A stretch of 64,000 nt of DNA from NCBI GenBank assembly GCA_964016885.1, contig OZ024742.1, positions 199,330,001-199,394,000 on the forward strand, in the 5' to 3' direction. Position 1 is the first letter of the stretch. Each line of letters begins with the position of its first letter. This DNA comes from Eledone cirrhosa (taxonomy: Eukaryota). The position numbers and the translations under genes were made by a program. The notes below the pieces were generated by a model. The model had not been told where the DNA came from. It made no database searches and saw only the letters and a program-made list of their open reading frames with translations. Positions 12,689 to 26,466 of the stretch are shown piece after piece.

Positions 12689-14303
12689 CAATATAAACAG
12701 TTTTATAGATAAATAGATTCGACATACCGTAACAACATCTACTTGCATTTGAGAAGGTTGATTTAGTTGTGATAAAATTGTACAGAGAGAGAAAGAAAGA
12801 GAGAGAGAAAGAGAGAAAAAGAGAGAAAAAAGGAAAGATAGATTAAACTCAAACATAGATTAAACTCAAACATAGATTAAACTCAACGTTTAAATATAAA
12901 TTTAAATTTAAAATGTAGTATATTTAGTTTGATTTATAATTATATGGGAAACTAGCCGATAAATCTTTGATTCTCTTTTTACTCTTTTTATTTTTATTTT
13001 ATTTATTTAAACATTCTTCATGAAAAATTAAACTATCCTAAAAGTTGATGCTCCAAATATTTCGAATAAACGTTACACTAGATAAACTTCTATATTAAAT
13101 ATAAGAACACATGTAGACCAAATTGGGCATCCTATACTTTTTGAAATGATCTTTGCTAGATGCGATTTGATAGATAATTTTTGGCTTTATCTGTTTTTCG
13201 ACTCTGATGTTTATAATGAACTTGGCAATATATTGTCAATTAATTTTGAAGGGTTGATCTTTGTGGTTTATTTTATTTTTATTACTGTAGTATTTCCTAA
13301 TTTTTATTTTTAATATTTTTAATATGTAAATTTTTTAATATGTAATATTTTTAATATGTAATACTCTTCCGTAATATTTCTTAGTTTTCTATTTTATTAT
13401 TACTTATTATTATTATTGTTATTTTAGTTTAGTTTTGTTTCCGATATATTTTTATTTTTATTTTTATTAGTATATTGAAATCTGCTCTATCTTTGCTTGA
13501 TAGATAATCTTGTAGAGTAGAGACAGAAATAGTGATATTGACTCTATATACACATATATGTATACTTAAATTTTTATACCGCATTGAGAATACTTTCCGT
13601 GAACTTAGGGTTTGCAGAATTGATCATGTACATTCACATAGATGTTTGTAATTATCACATAAACATATGAATTTAAAAAAAAAAACTAAACATAAGATCA
13701 TTAATTTTCACACATTGTGGATACATATCTCATTCAGGAATACTGATATTTACAATGCAGAGGCTGGTTTTGTAATTACTAATACCTCTACATTAAAACA
13801 GAGGTTTGTACGCCTCGCCTGTGTCTGGATGTTTTTGAATTTTCTCTCTCTCTTTTTTCTCTCTCTATATTTTTTCTCTCCCTATTTAACAGCTGGTTTT
13901 CCCTCCATATATCTCCCTTACATTAATACTAGAGCTAAATAAATAAATAAACAAATAAATGTATCATTGATACGTTATTCAACAGTCGTCCCACCTAGCT
14001 TTCTATATATGTATCTATCTCTATTTCCTCTCTCTCTATATATATATCTCTCTTTCTGTTTCTTTACATGAAGTTCTTCTCTTTATCTATCTTTCCATCT
14101 CTCTATTCTGTTCCATGCATTTCTTCTTTTTCTTTTTCTTCGTTTTCTGTCTTTCTTTCCTTTTTTCTCTCTTTTTCTCTCTTTCTCTCTCTCTTTCTTT
14201 CTCTCTGTGTACAATTTTATCACAACCAAATCAACCTTCTCAAATGCAAGTAGATGTTGTTACGGTATGTCGAATCTATTTATCTATAAAACTGTTTATA
14301 TTG

Positions 14304-14369
14304 TATTTTGTCTGAGGAAGGCATAGCATATTGTTAATATGTTATCCCTGAAATATATATAATGAAATA
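14304..14369 (+). ncRNA. Type I hammerhead motif with palindromic stem III
   Basis: tattttgt-CTGAGGA-agg-catagcatatt-gtt-aatatgttat-ccct-GAAA-tatata-TA-atgaaata. Confidence 0.6.
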
Positions 14370-14406
14370 AATATGGTTTTATAAATATAGTTTCCATTTA
14401 TTTAAT

Positions 14407-14441
<35 letters not shown>

Positions 14442-14510
14442 AAAAAGGGACGAAATCGAAAATGCAACTGAAGTCTTATTTTTTTTTAAAATATATATAT
14501 TTATTTGATT

Positions 14511-14548
14511 CCTTTACCGGTTTCGCAGTTCTTCTGCTTTTCAAAAGG
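14511..14548 (-). ncRNA. Degenerate minimal hammerhead (core mutated to TTGAAAA)
   Basis: cctt-TTGAAAA-gcag-aagaa-ctgc-GAAA-ccgg-TA-aagg. Confidence 0.4.
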
Positions 14549-14661
14549 TGAGTTGAGATGGAGGGTCTGTGGTTTTTCTCAGTGTGGTTTTTCGACGGCT
14601 AATTCAGTCCAGAATTAGCCGTCGAAACGGCTTGAGCTCAGCTGTCGGGGTCTTACTGGTT

Positions 14662-14740
<79 letters not shown>

Positions 14741-14764
14741 ATGTATGTATATATATATTTTTTG

Positions 14765-14993
14765 TCTTTCAACTGTAAGAAGTACTAGATATTTCCCTTC
14801 GTCTGTCATGGCTTACTAGCTCTATACGAATGTTTAGATTAATTAAATATAGTCGGCAATTTAAGGGGAGATAACTTAATTTAACTTTATATGTAATTAT
14901 ATTTATTTAATAAATTTAAACGTCCCTAGAGCTAGTAATCCATGTCAGGCTAGGGGGTGGGTGGGAAGTATCTAGTACTTCTTACAGTTGAGA
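14765..14993. repeat. Small foldback / MITE-like element with ~60-bp imperfect inverted arms
   Basis: tcaactgtaagaagtactagata...ttactagctcta versus tagagctagtaa...tatctagtacttcttacagttga. Confidence 0.55.
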
Positions 14994-15479
14994 GACCCCC
15001 CAAAAAATAAGATACACATATTTGAATATAAAAATAGAATTAAAAATAAAATTAAACAAAAAATAAATTGGGAAGGCCAACGAGAGGCAAAATGAACATT
15101 AAAAAAAATAAAGAAAAAATGGGAAGTAAGGGAAACTATAAAAGTTCTGTTGAATCTTTTCTAGAAAGTTCTGTTGAATTTTTTCGTAACCTTCATGCAC
15201 TAAAAGATTTGGTTTCTAGTTGTTAGATCTAAGTTAAATTAAGTTATCGCCCCTTAAATTGCTGGCTAAGTTTCTTAGCTTCTCATAAAATAAATACAGT
15301 GGAAATTATTTGAAAGCTCTACAGTAGCAATTACTTCCCTTGAAGTTGACTAATAGAGCACCTGTTGCTACTGGCAACTAGAACACGACAGGTTGTTATC
15401 GTTATATAATGTGTTAAGTCAGCAAACACCAACTTGATTCATTTCAGATGTAATTAATGTAAGTAGGTATAAACATTGT

Positions 15480-15944
15480 TACTACAGACATTAATCTCTT
15501 TACAATTGTTATTATATATTACAATTATCATATTGTATTGTTACAGTGTTATATCTACTATTTTCTCTTTGTTGATGTCTCGTTTCTTTTATACGATGTA
15601 AAGCCCACTTTATGTTGTATTGTTCTCCTCACAACGTTTTGTGTTCTTGTGGCTAATAAAAGAGATCATCATCATCAAGTATACGTCTGTGTATTGTAGG
15701 GGGACGACCGGGAGGGGGGCACTCGTCCTAGTGGGCAGGGTAGCCGTGATATTCCTGTGGGTTTTCTCCACGAGTGACTTTCGGAAGTCTCTCTCCTAGT
15801 AGGGAATTTTTATTTGTTTTTATTTTTATTGTTGTTTTTGTTATATTTTTACACAAACAACTTACACTGTATCGTTCGGTGCTGTCCTTAATGATTACTT
15901 CATGTGAACCTTTTGTGGTTAATAAAGAAATCATTATTATTATT
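15480..15944 (+). mobile_element. Two stacked LINE 3' UTR remnants ending AATAAA + (ATC)n and AATAAA + (ATT)n
   Basis: ttgtggctaataaaagagatcatcatcatc and ttgtggttaataaagaaatcattattattatt share the same terminal motif. An L1/Tx1-like assignment is recalled, not verified. Confidence 0.45.
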
Positions 15945-16725
15945 ATGGCTTGGGTCAGGTTGGGTTAAAAAGAGGACGGAGGCTGTTATTACTGCTACAT
16001 AGGACCAGACACTCAGAACCATCTAGGTAAAAGCTAACATCGATGGACAAAATTGCTCCTTACTTTGCAGAGTATGTCATAAAGCAGACGAATCTGTGGC
16101 ACATATTGCTAGTGGATGTGAGTAATTAGCAAAAAAGATGTTACAAAATCCGGCAAGATCTCATAGCAAAAAGAGTTCATTGAGAATTGTGCAAAAAATG
16201 CAAAATCGACACGTAAATGTCAACGGTACGAACATACTTCCCTTGAATCCTGCCTATCAGGTGAGAGAGTAGAGTTATTTTGGGATCTCCATGTCAAGAT
16301 CACAAACAAAGTCCAATACAACCACCCTGATATTGTTGTAAAAACACCCCCTCCCAATAGATTCTAATAGATATTGGGGTCCCTCATGACCACAATGTAG
16401 CTGAAAACGAAATGTAAAAGATCAATAAGTATGCAGACCTTGCGGGTGCTATTAGAAGTGAGCACCATGTAAAGACAGAAATCGTGCCAATCGTCATTGG
16501 GACACTAAGTATGGTCGCTAAACACCTCACGTCTTTCATTAAAAGCATTGGGATCCCTGACTTCATTGGCAGTGCCCAAATTTCTACCATCACTAGCATT
16601 GCCAGAATCCTGTTTGATATATTGAGCTTCTGAGATCAGGGACTGATCGAAGGACAACGCTTCACCAAATAACCGATTACTAAGAAAACCCTACAAAAAA
16701 AAAAAAGAAAATGAAATCATTATTA
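15945..16725 (+). mobile_element. 5'-truncated R4/Dong-like (restriction-like endonuclease) non-LTR retrotransposon, decayed
   Basis: TEAVITAT*DQTLRT...CRVCHKADESVAHIASGC (CCHC knuckle)...LFWD...NHPDIVV...LIDIGVP...KINKYADL...IVPIVIGTL, with stops and frameshifts, flanked by (ATT)n. Confidence 0.85.
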
Positions 16726-16764
16726 TACGGGACCAATCCACTGCCTTTTATAATAATAAGGATA

Positions 16765-17192
16765 TTTTAAGGGGATGGAGTCGATTAAACTGACCACAGT
16801 ACTTGACTGGCATTTTATTTTATTTCATCGACTCCAAGAGAAGGAAAGGCAATGTAGACCTCGGCGGCATTTGAACTCAGAACGTAAAGAGCTGCAACTA
16901 AACACTACAAGGTATTTTGTCTGACACTCAATACATCACCCTTATAATAATCTCTAATTTAGGCACAAGGCCAGCAATCTGTGGGATGAGGAAGTAGATT
17001 ACACCGAACCCAGTACTTTATTGGTACTTTTTTTACGTTTGATAAAATAAAATACCAGTAAAGTATTGGTTCGGTATAATCGATGTTTAGTTCTGACTCA
17101 CTGTGCTTTATGATGAAATCCCGTCGAAGTCTATTTTGCTCTTCATAGTTTGAAGGTCGATAAATAACGTAGAAGTCCAGTACTGGGGTAGA
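16765..17192. mobile_element. Cluster of degenerate SINE (family 1) fragments
   Basis: Motifs gacctcggcggcatttgaactcagaacgtaaag and taggcacaaggccagcaa match the full copy at 28602-28787. Confidence 0.65.
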
Positions 17193-17603
17193 TCTCTTTT
17201 CTCTCCTCTTTCTAGAAGAAATCAATAGTTCCGATTTTGAGTGAAATGCTCTCCGCCAGACTAAAAACGCCTGAGACACGATGTGTCAAGACGGGGCCCC
17301 TATGACTCCATCAAGTGTTCAAGGCCTTTTCTTTCTGTTCAAGAAGACCTACTATCAAAGGACCTCCAGTCTGTGGAGGGGGAGGGGAGGGAGAAATGTT
17401 TAGTACTAGATTAGCTAATGTATGACGTTGTTGATGTTGTAACTGTGACTTTGTGTTTACGTTCACAATCTGTTTATGTTCCCTAAAATCTATCAATTAG
17501 AGTCTCCAGATATAGAGTACAATAAAGTACTGTTAACATGTATGGGATAGTGCTACTACTGTTGTTGTTGCTCATATTAATCAGATAAAAAACAACAAAA
17601 ACT

Positions 17604-17860
17604 CTTCTTCTTCGCCCACTTATTCCTGAGAGGGTCGTGGGGGCAGAGTCCTCAAATACTCCTTCCAGCAGGCCCCGTCAGAAGCAACCGTATCCAACTG
17701 ATCCAGCTAGATCCCCAAACAAGGCCAGTCAAGCTCATGGATGTTATCCAACCATCTTGCTCAGGGTCTACACCTGGGTCTCTTGCCAGTTGATTTTGCC
17801 TGTAAAATTTGTCCAGCGATTCTTTCCTGAGACATTCTAACTTCTTGGTAGGAGTCCATT
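17604..17860 (-). mobile_element. 3' end of an RTE-clade LINE with (GAA)n tail
   Basis: Minus strand RMSQERIAGQILQAKSTGKRPRCRP*ARWLDNI, matching the RTE C-terminal GxRPRGRPxxRWxD motif. Confidence 0.72.
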
Positions 17861-18405
17861 CCAGGCACACTGTCAGCCGGAACCAGTTGAACCCAGGACT
17901 CAAATAACATCACTCTATTTTCAAAGGAACATTCGTTAACGCTGCCATGTTCAGTATTAAACTAACGTTTTTTTAAAAATCGTTTCATTCTATGTTACTT
18001 TCAAAGAAACACACGTCCAAACCACCAGAGAAACATTTCCAGCAAAATGGACTCAACACTAGGTATAATACACATTGCAGGACCAATTCTATAGAATAAT
18101 ATATCACTGATAAACTTGGAGACAAAATATCGATTATATTTATCTGACTGTGCGAGATAAATATAAATTATTGATCAGTCAATGAAGAAACCATCTTTTT
18201 TTTGTAAATATAATAGTTATAGAGATTCTTCTTCTTGGCTATTCAACATAATATGTGTATATAAGTTCTCATAATATATGTACAGTGCCTAGTAGTTTTA
18301 TTTCCTGTACGCTGTATATATATTTTAGTCATGAGGTACTCTATATTATTAAACATATCTACTAAATTATGATGACTTTCTTCTGTCCGTCCGACCGCCT
18401 GTCCT

Positions 18406-18612
<207 letters not shown>

Positions 18613-18759
18613 TTAAGTAGGTACCTGCCTACACACCTGCAACTATTGGGATTCGTGCTTCGTTTTTGTAGTTATTGTTGTTCTCGATCGAAGATAGATA
18701 TATTGATACATATACACCTACCTATTTAAATAGCGCAGCGGAACATCTAGATCGTACCT

Positions 18760-19207
18760 AGGGAGCCAAAGCTGTTAGCTGGGCCCGAGTGACGGAGGCG
18801 AAAAGTGGCAACAAGTCCACGATTCGGTCTTTGAAGGACCAAGACGGACGCGTGATACGTGAGCCGAAGCAGATGTGCGCGGCCTTTCAGCGGCACTTTG
18901 CTCAACTGTTCGGGCAGGGCGGCGCGCCGGGAGGGGATATGGATTTCGGTCCATACCTCGACGGCCTACTGCGACTCTCGGACAGAGAGGCGAAGTTCTG
19001 CCGATTTCGGCCGCTGAGATAGGGGACGCGCTGAGCCAATGCGGCAAACGCAAATCTCCAGGTCTCGACGGTCTACCCTACGAATGTTACGTAGCAATGC
19101 CGGACTTGTTCTCCGGTCTCCTGGAAGCGGTCTATTGCAACTGGCAGCAGAACGGGAGAATTCCCAGTTCTGTGATCAAGGGCGTAGTCACGTTAGTCAG
19201 GAAGGAC
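18760..19207 (+). mobile_element. GC-rich L1/Tx1-clade ORF2 fragment (region just before RT), frameshifted
   Basis: IRSLKDQDGRVI...FQRHFAQLF / PISAAEIGDAL...KSPGLDGLPYECY...GVVTLVRKD. Confidence 0.8.
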
Positions 19208-19640
19208 TATATATATCAGTGGCGAAGGGTAACCTGGAAAGCAGGGCATGCAGTCCAATCGCCATGGCGGAAAGTGGCGCTGTGCAGCCTTACCCTTCCA
19301 ATTCGCAAAAGTATTCGATCCTCTCCACCATTTGTAAATGTGATGTGAGCTAATTTTAATGAGAAAATTCCCGTCTACCAACAGACTAATCTTCAGCCTT
19401 GATACTCCTCTCCACTAAACATGATGTCTCCCCATTAATAACAACCCAGCAGCAAGCCTGTCATGATATTGATTACGTCAGAAATATGAGTAAATAATAA
19501 AAATTTGAAATAATATTTAAAATAGTATACATACTTATTGGGATCTTTTATTAAAATTCATCTGTAAATCAGTTCAATTCTTCGATTCTTTTTGGCAATT
19601 CATCGATCACTTTATTACAAAATTGTTCTACCTTCATCTT

Positions 19641-21167
19641 CTACAAAAGGTCTTTGTTTATGGAAATTATGACCAAATTGCTCAATTTCTCTTCACTTTG
19701 AGAACACCTCATATAATCATTAACTCTCTTTAATGAAGAAAACGATCTCTCCCATGAAGCAGATGTAGCAGGTATGGTCAGAATTAGGTGTAATAATTTT
19801 GTTACTTCTGCCAGAGCTTCATTTAGTTCAAGTTCCAGTATAATGTCTGCGATTTTTTGGATGCTTGACGCTTCCTTTGCAAAATCTGCAGAATAAACTG
19901 ATTTCAGCTCGCATTCCAAGCCATCCAAATAAAATATGTTTGAATAGATATCCAAAGATGAAAATGCTTCCGTCGGAAATTTTCTTTCATAAGCGTGAAA
20001 AAGCTTCGGATTAAACAATTCAACAAATTTGAAATCTCCCATTGTCTTAAATCTTTGCTCGACGTGAACAATAACTTCATCCAAAATGTTGTTAAACAAA
20101 GTTCTTAAAGCACCTTGTGGTTCTTGATATCGACTACGCTTATCTGGTGGTTCAGCAACATCATACAGAACCCGGCAGTAAAATTCCCCAAACTTGTTGT
20201 TCTTGATATTAACTAATTGTTTTTGGAAGTTTTCCACCTCATGAATGCACCTCGAAATGTCAAGTGAACTTTTTTGCAGAATCGAAAACAGAATTCCTGA
20301 CCCACACAATATGGTTTCAAAAACTACTAACAGAAATCTAAATTGAAAATCTTCGAGGATTGCAACAAATCCTCTTGCCTGTGCTAATTCTGAAGCATTC
20401 CAACCCTCTGGATTTTCTAATATTGTTGAAAATAGCTCAGAAAACAGTAATTTTATTGGATAAAATAGATACCTGTCGAGATGAATAATTCCAACGTGTC
20501 TCAGGTAATTTTGGAAATCGCCTTCCAACGATTTCATCCAATAGAGCTATTCGAGTTGTTGATTTAGAAAAAAAAGATGAAATTCCTTTTAAAGTTTGAA
20601 AGAAAATTCAACATTCACGAATACTTGAAACTGATTGAGATAGTACCAAATTAAGTGAATGTGCATAACAATGAACGTTTGCACCAAAAATTCTCCTTTA
20701 TTCTTGCTTGCACTCCGTTCAAATGCCCAGCCATCACACTAGCTCCATCATAAGTTTGTGCAATGAATTTTTTACCACACTTTCCAGTGATCGATCTCTA
20801 TATCAATTCGATGTCGACCAAAGGTTTTCAGAGCAATTACGGAACTCAAGTAGTTCTGAGATTTTTTGTGTCTCAAATCGCAGTAACCGGTGGTTGTCCA
20901 TGTATTACTATGGTGACAAAACAACAGACATTGGAAACAGAACAATTTGTTCAGAATGGGACATCCCGTCATCCACTCATATGGTTCATATTTGGAATCA
21001 AAATAACGATAACATTCCTTGCCGCTCACTTTCGTCTTTGTCTTAATTTCAAGCTTAGGGTTCTCTCTTCCAAGAATGATAATATTCTTTCTCTCTTCAA
21101 AGCTTCTTGATGCAAAATATCGAGAAAGTAGAGAAGAAACTGAACTAATTGACTCTTTTGCCATCAT
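19641..21167 (-). pseudogene. hAT transposase pseudogene (ZMYM1-like type)
   Basis: N-terminal W...LFCFQCLLF...W (TTF-type Zn finger), QTYDGASVMAG, HCYAHSLNL, ETRWN and the dimerisation motif IPATSASWERSFSSLKR, spread over several frames. Confidence 0.85.
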
Positions 21168-21567
21168 GTGGATAAATGAAAATGTGGAAAATGTAATTTT
21201 TGCGTAACTTTTTAAAAAATAAGTTGATATATTTGAAATTAAAATTTAAAGCATTGGAATGAAAAATTTACTGACTGAAAAATTTACCTATTCAATCAGG
21301 AACATTTAAACTTTACCTATATAGTCAGGGAAATTACCCAGCTAAGGTGACACGTGTATATTCTAGAATCGTCGGTGAAATAAGTGGCCGGTTTGACCAC
21401 TTTCCGTTTGGACCTCGTACCGTTGACGCATGCACGCCTCTCTGAATGACCCTTCCAGTCAAAGCCGCATGTAGTGTTATCTAGTGTGTGTGTGTGTTAT
21501 CTTTTTATGTGTCTACGATTTAGTAAGCAGTCAAAATTCTGCTTGCCCCAAAGCTGTCGTGTATTTT

Positions 21568-21686
<119 letters not shown>

Positions 21687-22068
21687 ATCTTTTTTGTGTC
21701 TATACGTTTCAGTAAGCAGCCAAAATTCTGCTTGCTTCAACCGATGCAATTGATCAACACAAGATTCTATAACGCATACAGACCCTTCGCCCCTGATATA
21801 TATATATATATATACAGTATTTTCCGTTGTATTGTAATATAAATATTACACACAGTAGATTGACAGCTCACGTAGAGTTTGCTCGACGGTTCCAGTTGTA
21901 GTTCCAAAAGTAATCCGGAGAAAAATAGAAAGATTTGAATGGATACAGTTTAGTTGAAAGGAATTTATTGACACGTTTATCCATTCAAATCTTTCTATAT
22001 ATATATATATATAAATTAATAAAAACAATGAATAAAAACAAAGAAACAGTTCCTTATATTAAAAAAAT

Positions 22069-22208
22069 TCATCATTTTACGATCGTTTCTAGGATATATA
22101 TGTGTGTGTTGGTATGTATATCATATAGATCTATGTAAAAATTTTACAAAACTATCAGAGGAAATATACATACCTACACATATATATGCTGTCTTCAGAA
22201 ATAATGAT
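22069..22208 (-). ncRNA. Hammerhead motif with ~100-nt stem II in the PLE2 3' pseudo-LTR
   Basis: tcattattt-CTGAAGA-(long hairpin ggtatgtatat/atatacatacc)-GAAA-cgatcg-TA-aaatgatga. Confidence 0.65.
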
Positions 22209-22926
22209 ATTTGTTTATTGAAACAAACCAACAAAGATTTAATATAATAGGTCTGTTTGGGAACAGGTTTTGAATTGACCAATAGAAAAGTAGTAAGTGG
22301 TCAAGTTGATAGGATAGTAGTAGTAGAAATTTAATTTAGGGGTAGAGGAATGCAGACTTAAGTTTTGAATGGACAGAATACTTTGAATGAAAAGATTACT
22401 TTGGGGATGAAAAGAGGTCAAGCCGGTGAAAGGTCCACGAAAATTTGATGTTATTAAAGAATAATGCTAGTGTTAAAAATCGAAGGAGAATAAAATTTTA
22501 GGGTAAATGTGTTAGTGAGAAATACCGATCTTATTTAAAATACAAGGAATTTAGATCTATAACAAGAAATTAAATTAATTTAATTGATAGGTATACTTAT
22601 AGGGATAAATTTATATTAATTCATATAGATGTGATAAATAAGAGTTAGATGTTATTAAAGAATGTTGTTAAAAACGATGTAAAATTTTTTGGGGATAAAT
22701 GTATTAGTGAGAAATAACAAACTTATATATACTACAAGGAGTTTAGGTTCATAACAGGAAATTAAAATAGTTTATATGTATACTTATAGGTATTAATTTT
22801 AGGAAAAGAGAGCTGTAAAAGGGAAATAAAATTATGAAGTTCTCAGTAGTAAAATACTAATTATAGGTTAACTAAATTAAAAAAACTAATTATAATAATT
22901 TGTAAAATATAAGTGTAAGGTGTATA

Positions 22927-25483
22927 TTAATTAGGTTTATAATATTTGAAAGTTCTTCTAATTCTATGATTGCACGATATAATTAATTCTTGTCGCTTAT
23001 TTAATAGGATATCCTTAGATTTCATTATTTCAAAAAGTTCCTGGGAACATAATCTACACTCATATCTGTTATTTTGATAAGGGGTGACCCTTTTGAGCAC
23101 ACTCCAGGTCAGGTTATAATCGATATTCTTTTTTCTATAATTATTAATTATTTCAGCCAAGGATGTTGTATTAGCTAATGCGGCATTTTAAAAACTATGT
23201 TTGTGGGTATTAAATCTTACTTTAAATTGGTTAGAAGTATTTATGAATAAGTTGAGTCCTTAGTGCTAATTTTACATTTATATACTATGTTATTAATAAG
23301 ACAATTTCCTTTTAATGGGCAATTTGCTTTGTTTCTACAGTTACAACCATTCGTGAATATTATATCAGGGGAGTTAGTCAAATTTGGTGTGGAATTTACT
23401 CGACTAGTTATATATGAAGGAGATGGTGGTTTGTTGCGGTTTATTTTAGTATTATGGCTAGTTTGATGTGTTGGTGGTATATTCATGTTTTTTTTTACAT
23501 TTATATGCATTGTAGGCACTTATATTTTGTTGTATATATTTGGTAGTGGAGTAGGACAATTTGACCGTTGATCTATTTAAAATTTGATGGTATTTATGGT
23601 TTGGCAGTAAGTTTTTCTCTAGGATAGTAAAACATTTTTTAGGGATATTATCTTTAATTTGTAGATTAAATGGAGCATTATACCAAGTAACTCGTCTAAT
23701 ACGGTTTCGATGTTGTTTTTTATATTTATACGATGTATCAGGATGTTTACTAAGAGAGTTAGTATTAGTGAATTTATTATATATAGGTTTAGTTAGATTA
23801 ACGGATTTAGGTGTTTTAGTCTGATTATTAGGAATTTTGTTAGTAATGTTATTAACGTATATTGGAGTATTAGGATGAATGGTTTTTTGAAAGTTATTAT
23901 ATTGTATGTGAGAAGAGGTAGAGAAATTAAGTTTTAAGTTGGTATTTTTGGGTATAGTGTGAGTGGCATTTAGGTGTGTGTTTTTCATTTGGTGTTTCTT
24001 GGTAATGTTGGGTTGTATGTTTGAAGTATTATTGGTACAAGGTATATAGACTAATATGTTTTTGTGGCCGCTTCTAGCTAAAAGCTTCGTTATAAAAGGT
24101 TGCATTTTTATCGAATACATCCTGGTTAGATGAAAGGTTAGAAATTCTGAGTGAGATATTATATGCTAGGTTTTTAAGGATAGATCTAGGGTGATTGGAT
24201 TGTGAGTGTATGTAATGTAAGTTTTGGTTAGGTTTATGGTAAGGTTGGTAGATACCCGTAGATAAGTCTAAAGTTATATCAAGGAAATTAACTACTTTAC
24301 TGGTGTTTTCAAATGTAATAGTGAGACTATAATAGTCTTTGAGGAAAGTTCTAATAAGTTTTTTATTTTTTTCAATTTATGATAGGCTAAGGTTAGTGGA
24401 AAGTAGAAGACAGTCATCACGATATAAACCACCTTTATGGTGGGGAAAAGAAGCATTTATGTTAAATAGAAGAAAGAGGCCCACAAGATCGGTAATTTGG
24501 GCAGAATCACTAGAGCCCATAGTAATGTCGAATAGATTACTATATGTATTTCTAGTCCAGTATTCCTTCTGAAATTCCAGTAGTGTTTGTCTAGCGTGCG
24601 TGATAATATTAATGTCATCCATAGTTAAGTTTGATCTATTTTTGGCCAATATCAAGGCTTTGTTCAGGAGTATGGGTGATATAGAGGGATAATAAGCATC
24701 TATATCGAATTGTAGAAATGAAGCAGATGATTTATTTCTAATATTGGTAAACCAGTTAATTACCTGGGATGTGTTTTCCCAGAGTGGTAAATTAACATGT
24801 TTTCTTAATTGTGCGATGACTCTGTCTAAATTTTTTTTACTAATGATGCCAATGTCATATTTGGAAGGGCATATAAGTCTTATAGAAGGATTAGAGTTAA
24901 AGTTAGATTTGTGATCTTTCAGGTTAAAGTGTGGTTTTTTCAGTGCCAAAGGTTCAGTTCTGTCTTCAATATTGAGTTTATTTACTATGTTGTGTGTTTT
25001 GTTGTTGATATTGGTAAGTGCCGCATTATTTGTTTTTTTTAAATAATTTTTCCTGAGTTCTTTATAAATGAACTCATTGTAATTATCAATATGCATGTGG
25101 TATAGATTTCCAGTTTTGTCAGAGTGGACATGGACTTTGTTAGATTTTTTTAGATCCAATAGGGTAGAATCAAGATCCTTTTGAAAATTAGATTTATATT
25201 TCTTTAATTTGAGGTGTTTGATTAAGTTAAAAAGGTCTTTCTCGAAGTTTTCAAGCAAGGTGTTGTGTGGTGGGTTCTTATATGTAGTGAAATCATATAA
25301 ATATTTCTTATCAGTACATTTTGTTTTTTTATCAAAGTGGTAGGCCTTCCATCTGACCCTTTTGATGAATTGGTTGGTTTTTTGTATCATAAGAAGTAAG
25401 AATTCATCCTTAGAAGGTATTGGTATATTCTTTAAAGAAGTTTCCAAGTATTGTTTTTCCATTGTAATATGGATAATGGACAA
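22927..25483 (-). pseudogene. Frameshifted PLE RT + GIY-YIG ORF (Hydra-clade-like)
   Basis: SDKTGNLY, LKDHK, RLICPSK, FDIDAYYPSI, ITMGSSDSAQITDLVG, GLYRDD; then WYNAPF, CNCRNKANCPLKGNC (CxCx5Cx5C), NIVYKC and CRLC...LLNKRQELIISCNH, in four separate ORFs. Confidence 0.85.
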
Positions 25484-25776
25484 GAAAGAGAGCTCAACTA
25501 TATATACAGGCAGTTATAAAATTATATATATAAATATAAAAAATATATATTAAAATATGAATACCTGTATAACATTAGGAGCAAAGTATGTAGATAAATC
25601 TACCAAAATATACGGTAGTGCCCAATCCGTATGAAGAGCTCAATGTAATCCAAATATCATGAAAAGAGAAGATGTATTCAAAATTTTTTTCGATGAAAAT
25701 CACAGGAAAACAGTCAAGATAAATTAATAAAAACAATGAATAAAAACAAAGAAACAGTTCCTTATATTAAAAAATT

Positions 25777-25911
25777 CATAATTTTACGATCGTTTCTAGG
25801 ATATATATATGTGTGTTGGTATGTATATCATATAGATCTATGTAAACATTTTATAAACTATCAGAGGAAATATACATACCTACACATATATATGCTGTCT
25901 TCAGAAATAAT
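25777..25911 (-). ncRNA. Second copy of the PLE2 hammerhead, stem I shortened by a SINE insertion
   Basis: Direct repeat of 22069-22208; the SINE begins at ~25910. Confidence 0.55.
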
Positions 25912-26090
25912 TGTTTCTACTTTAGGCACAAGGCCAGCAATTACCCAGTACATTACTGGTACTTTATTTTATCGACCCCGTAAGGATGAAAGGCAAAGTT
26001 AACCTCGGCGGGATTTGAACTCAGACTGTAAAGGGACGTAACTATGCTAGAAAGCATGGAGTCCAACCCTCTACCGATACTGCCAATTCA
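25908..26090 (-). mobile_element. tRNA-derived SINE (family 1) inserted in the PLE2 upstream pLTR
   Basis: Absent from the other pLTR copy; near-identical reverse complement of 28609-28790. Confidence 0.88.
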
Positions 26091-26351
26091 TGATATTTGT
26101 TTATTGAAAAAAACCAACAAAGATTTAATATAATAGGTCTGTTTGGGAACAGGTTTTGAATTGACCAATAGAAAAGTAGTAAGTGGTCAAGTTTATAGAA
26201 TAGTAGTAGTAGAAATTTAATTTAGGGGTAGAGGAATGCAGACTTAAGTTTTGAATGGACAGAATACTTTGAATGAAAAGATTACTTTGGGGATGAAAAG
26301 AGGTCAAGCCGGTGAAAGGTCCACGAAAATTTGATGTTATTAAAGAATAAT

Positions 26352-26466
26352 TGTTTCTACTTTTGGCATGAGGCCAGCAATTACCCAGTACATGACTGGT
26401 ACTTTATTTTATCGACCCTGTAAGGATGAAAGGCAGAGTTAACCTCGGCGGGATTTGAACTCAGAA
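26352..26466 (-). mobile_element. 5'-truncated SINE (family 1) with 18-bp target-site duplication
   Basis: atgttattaaagaataat occurs on both sides; absent from the other pLTR. Confidence 0.85.
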
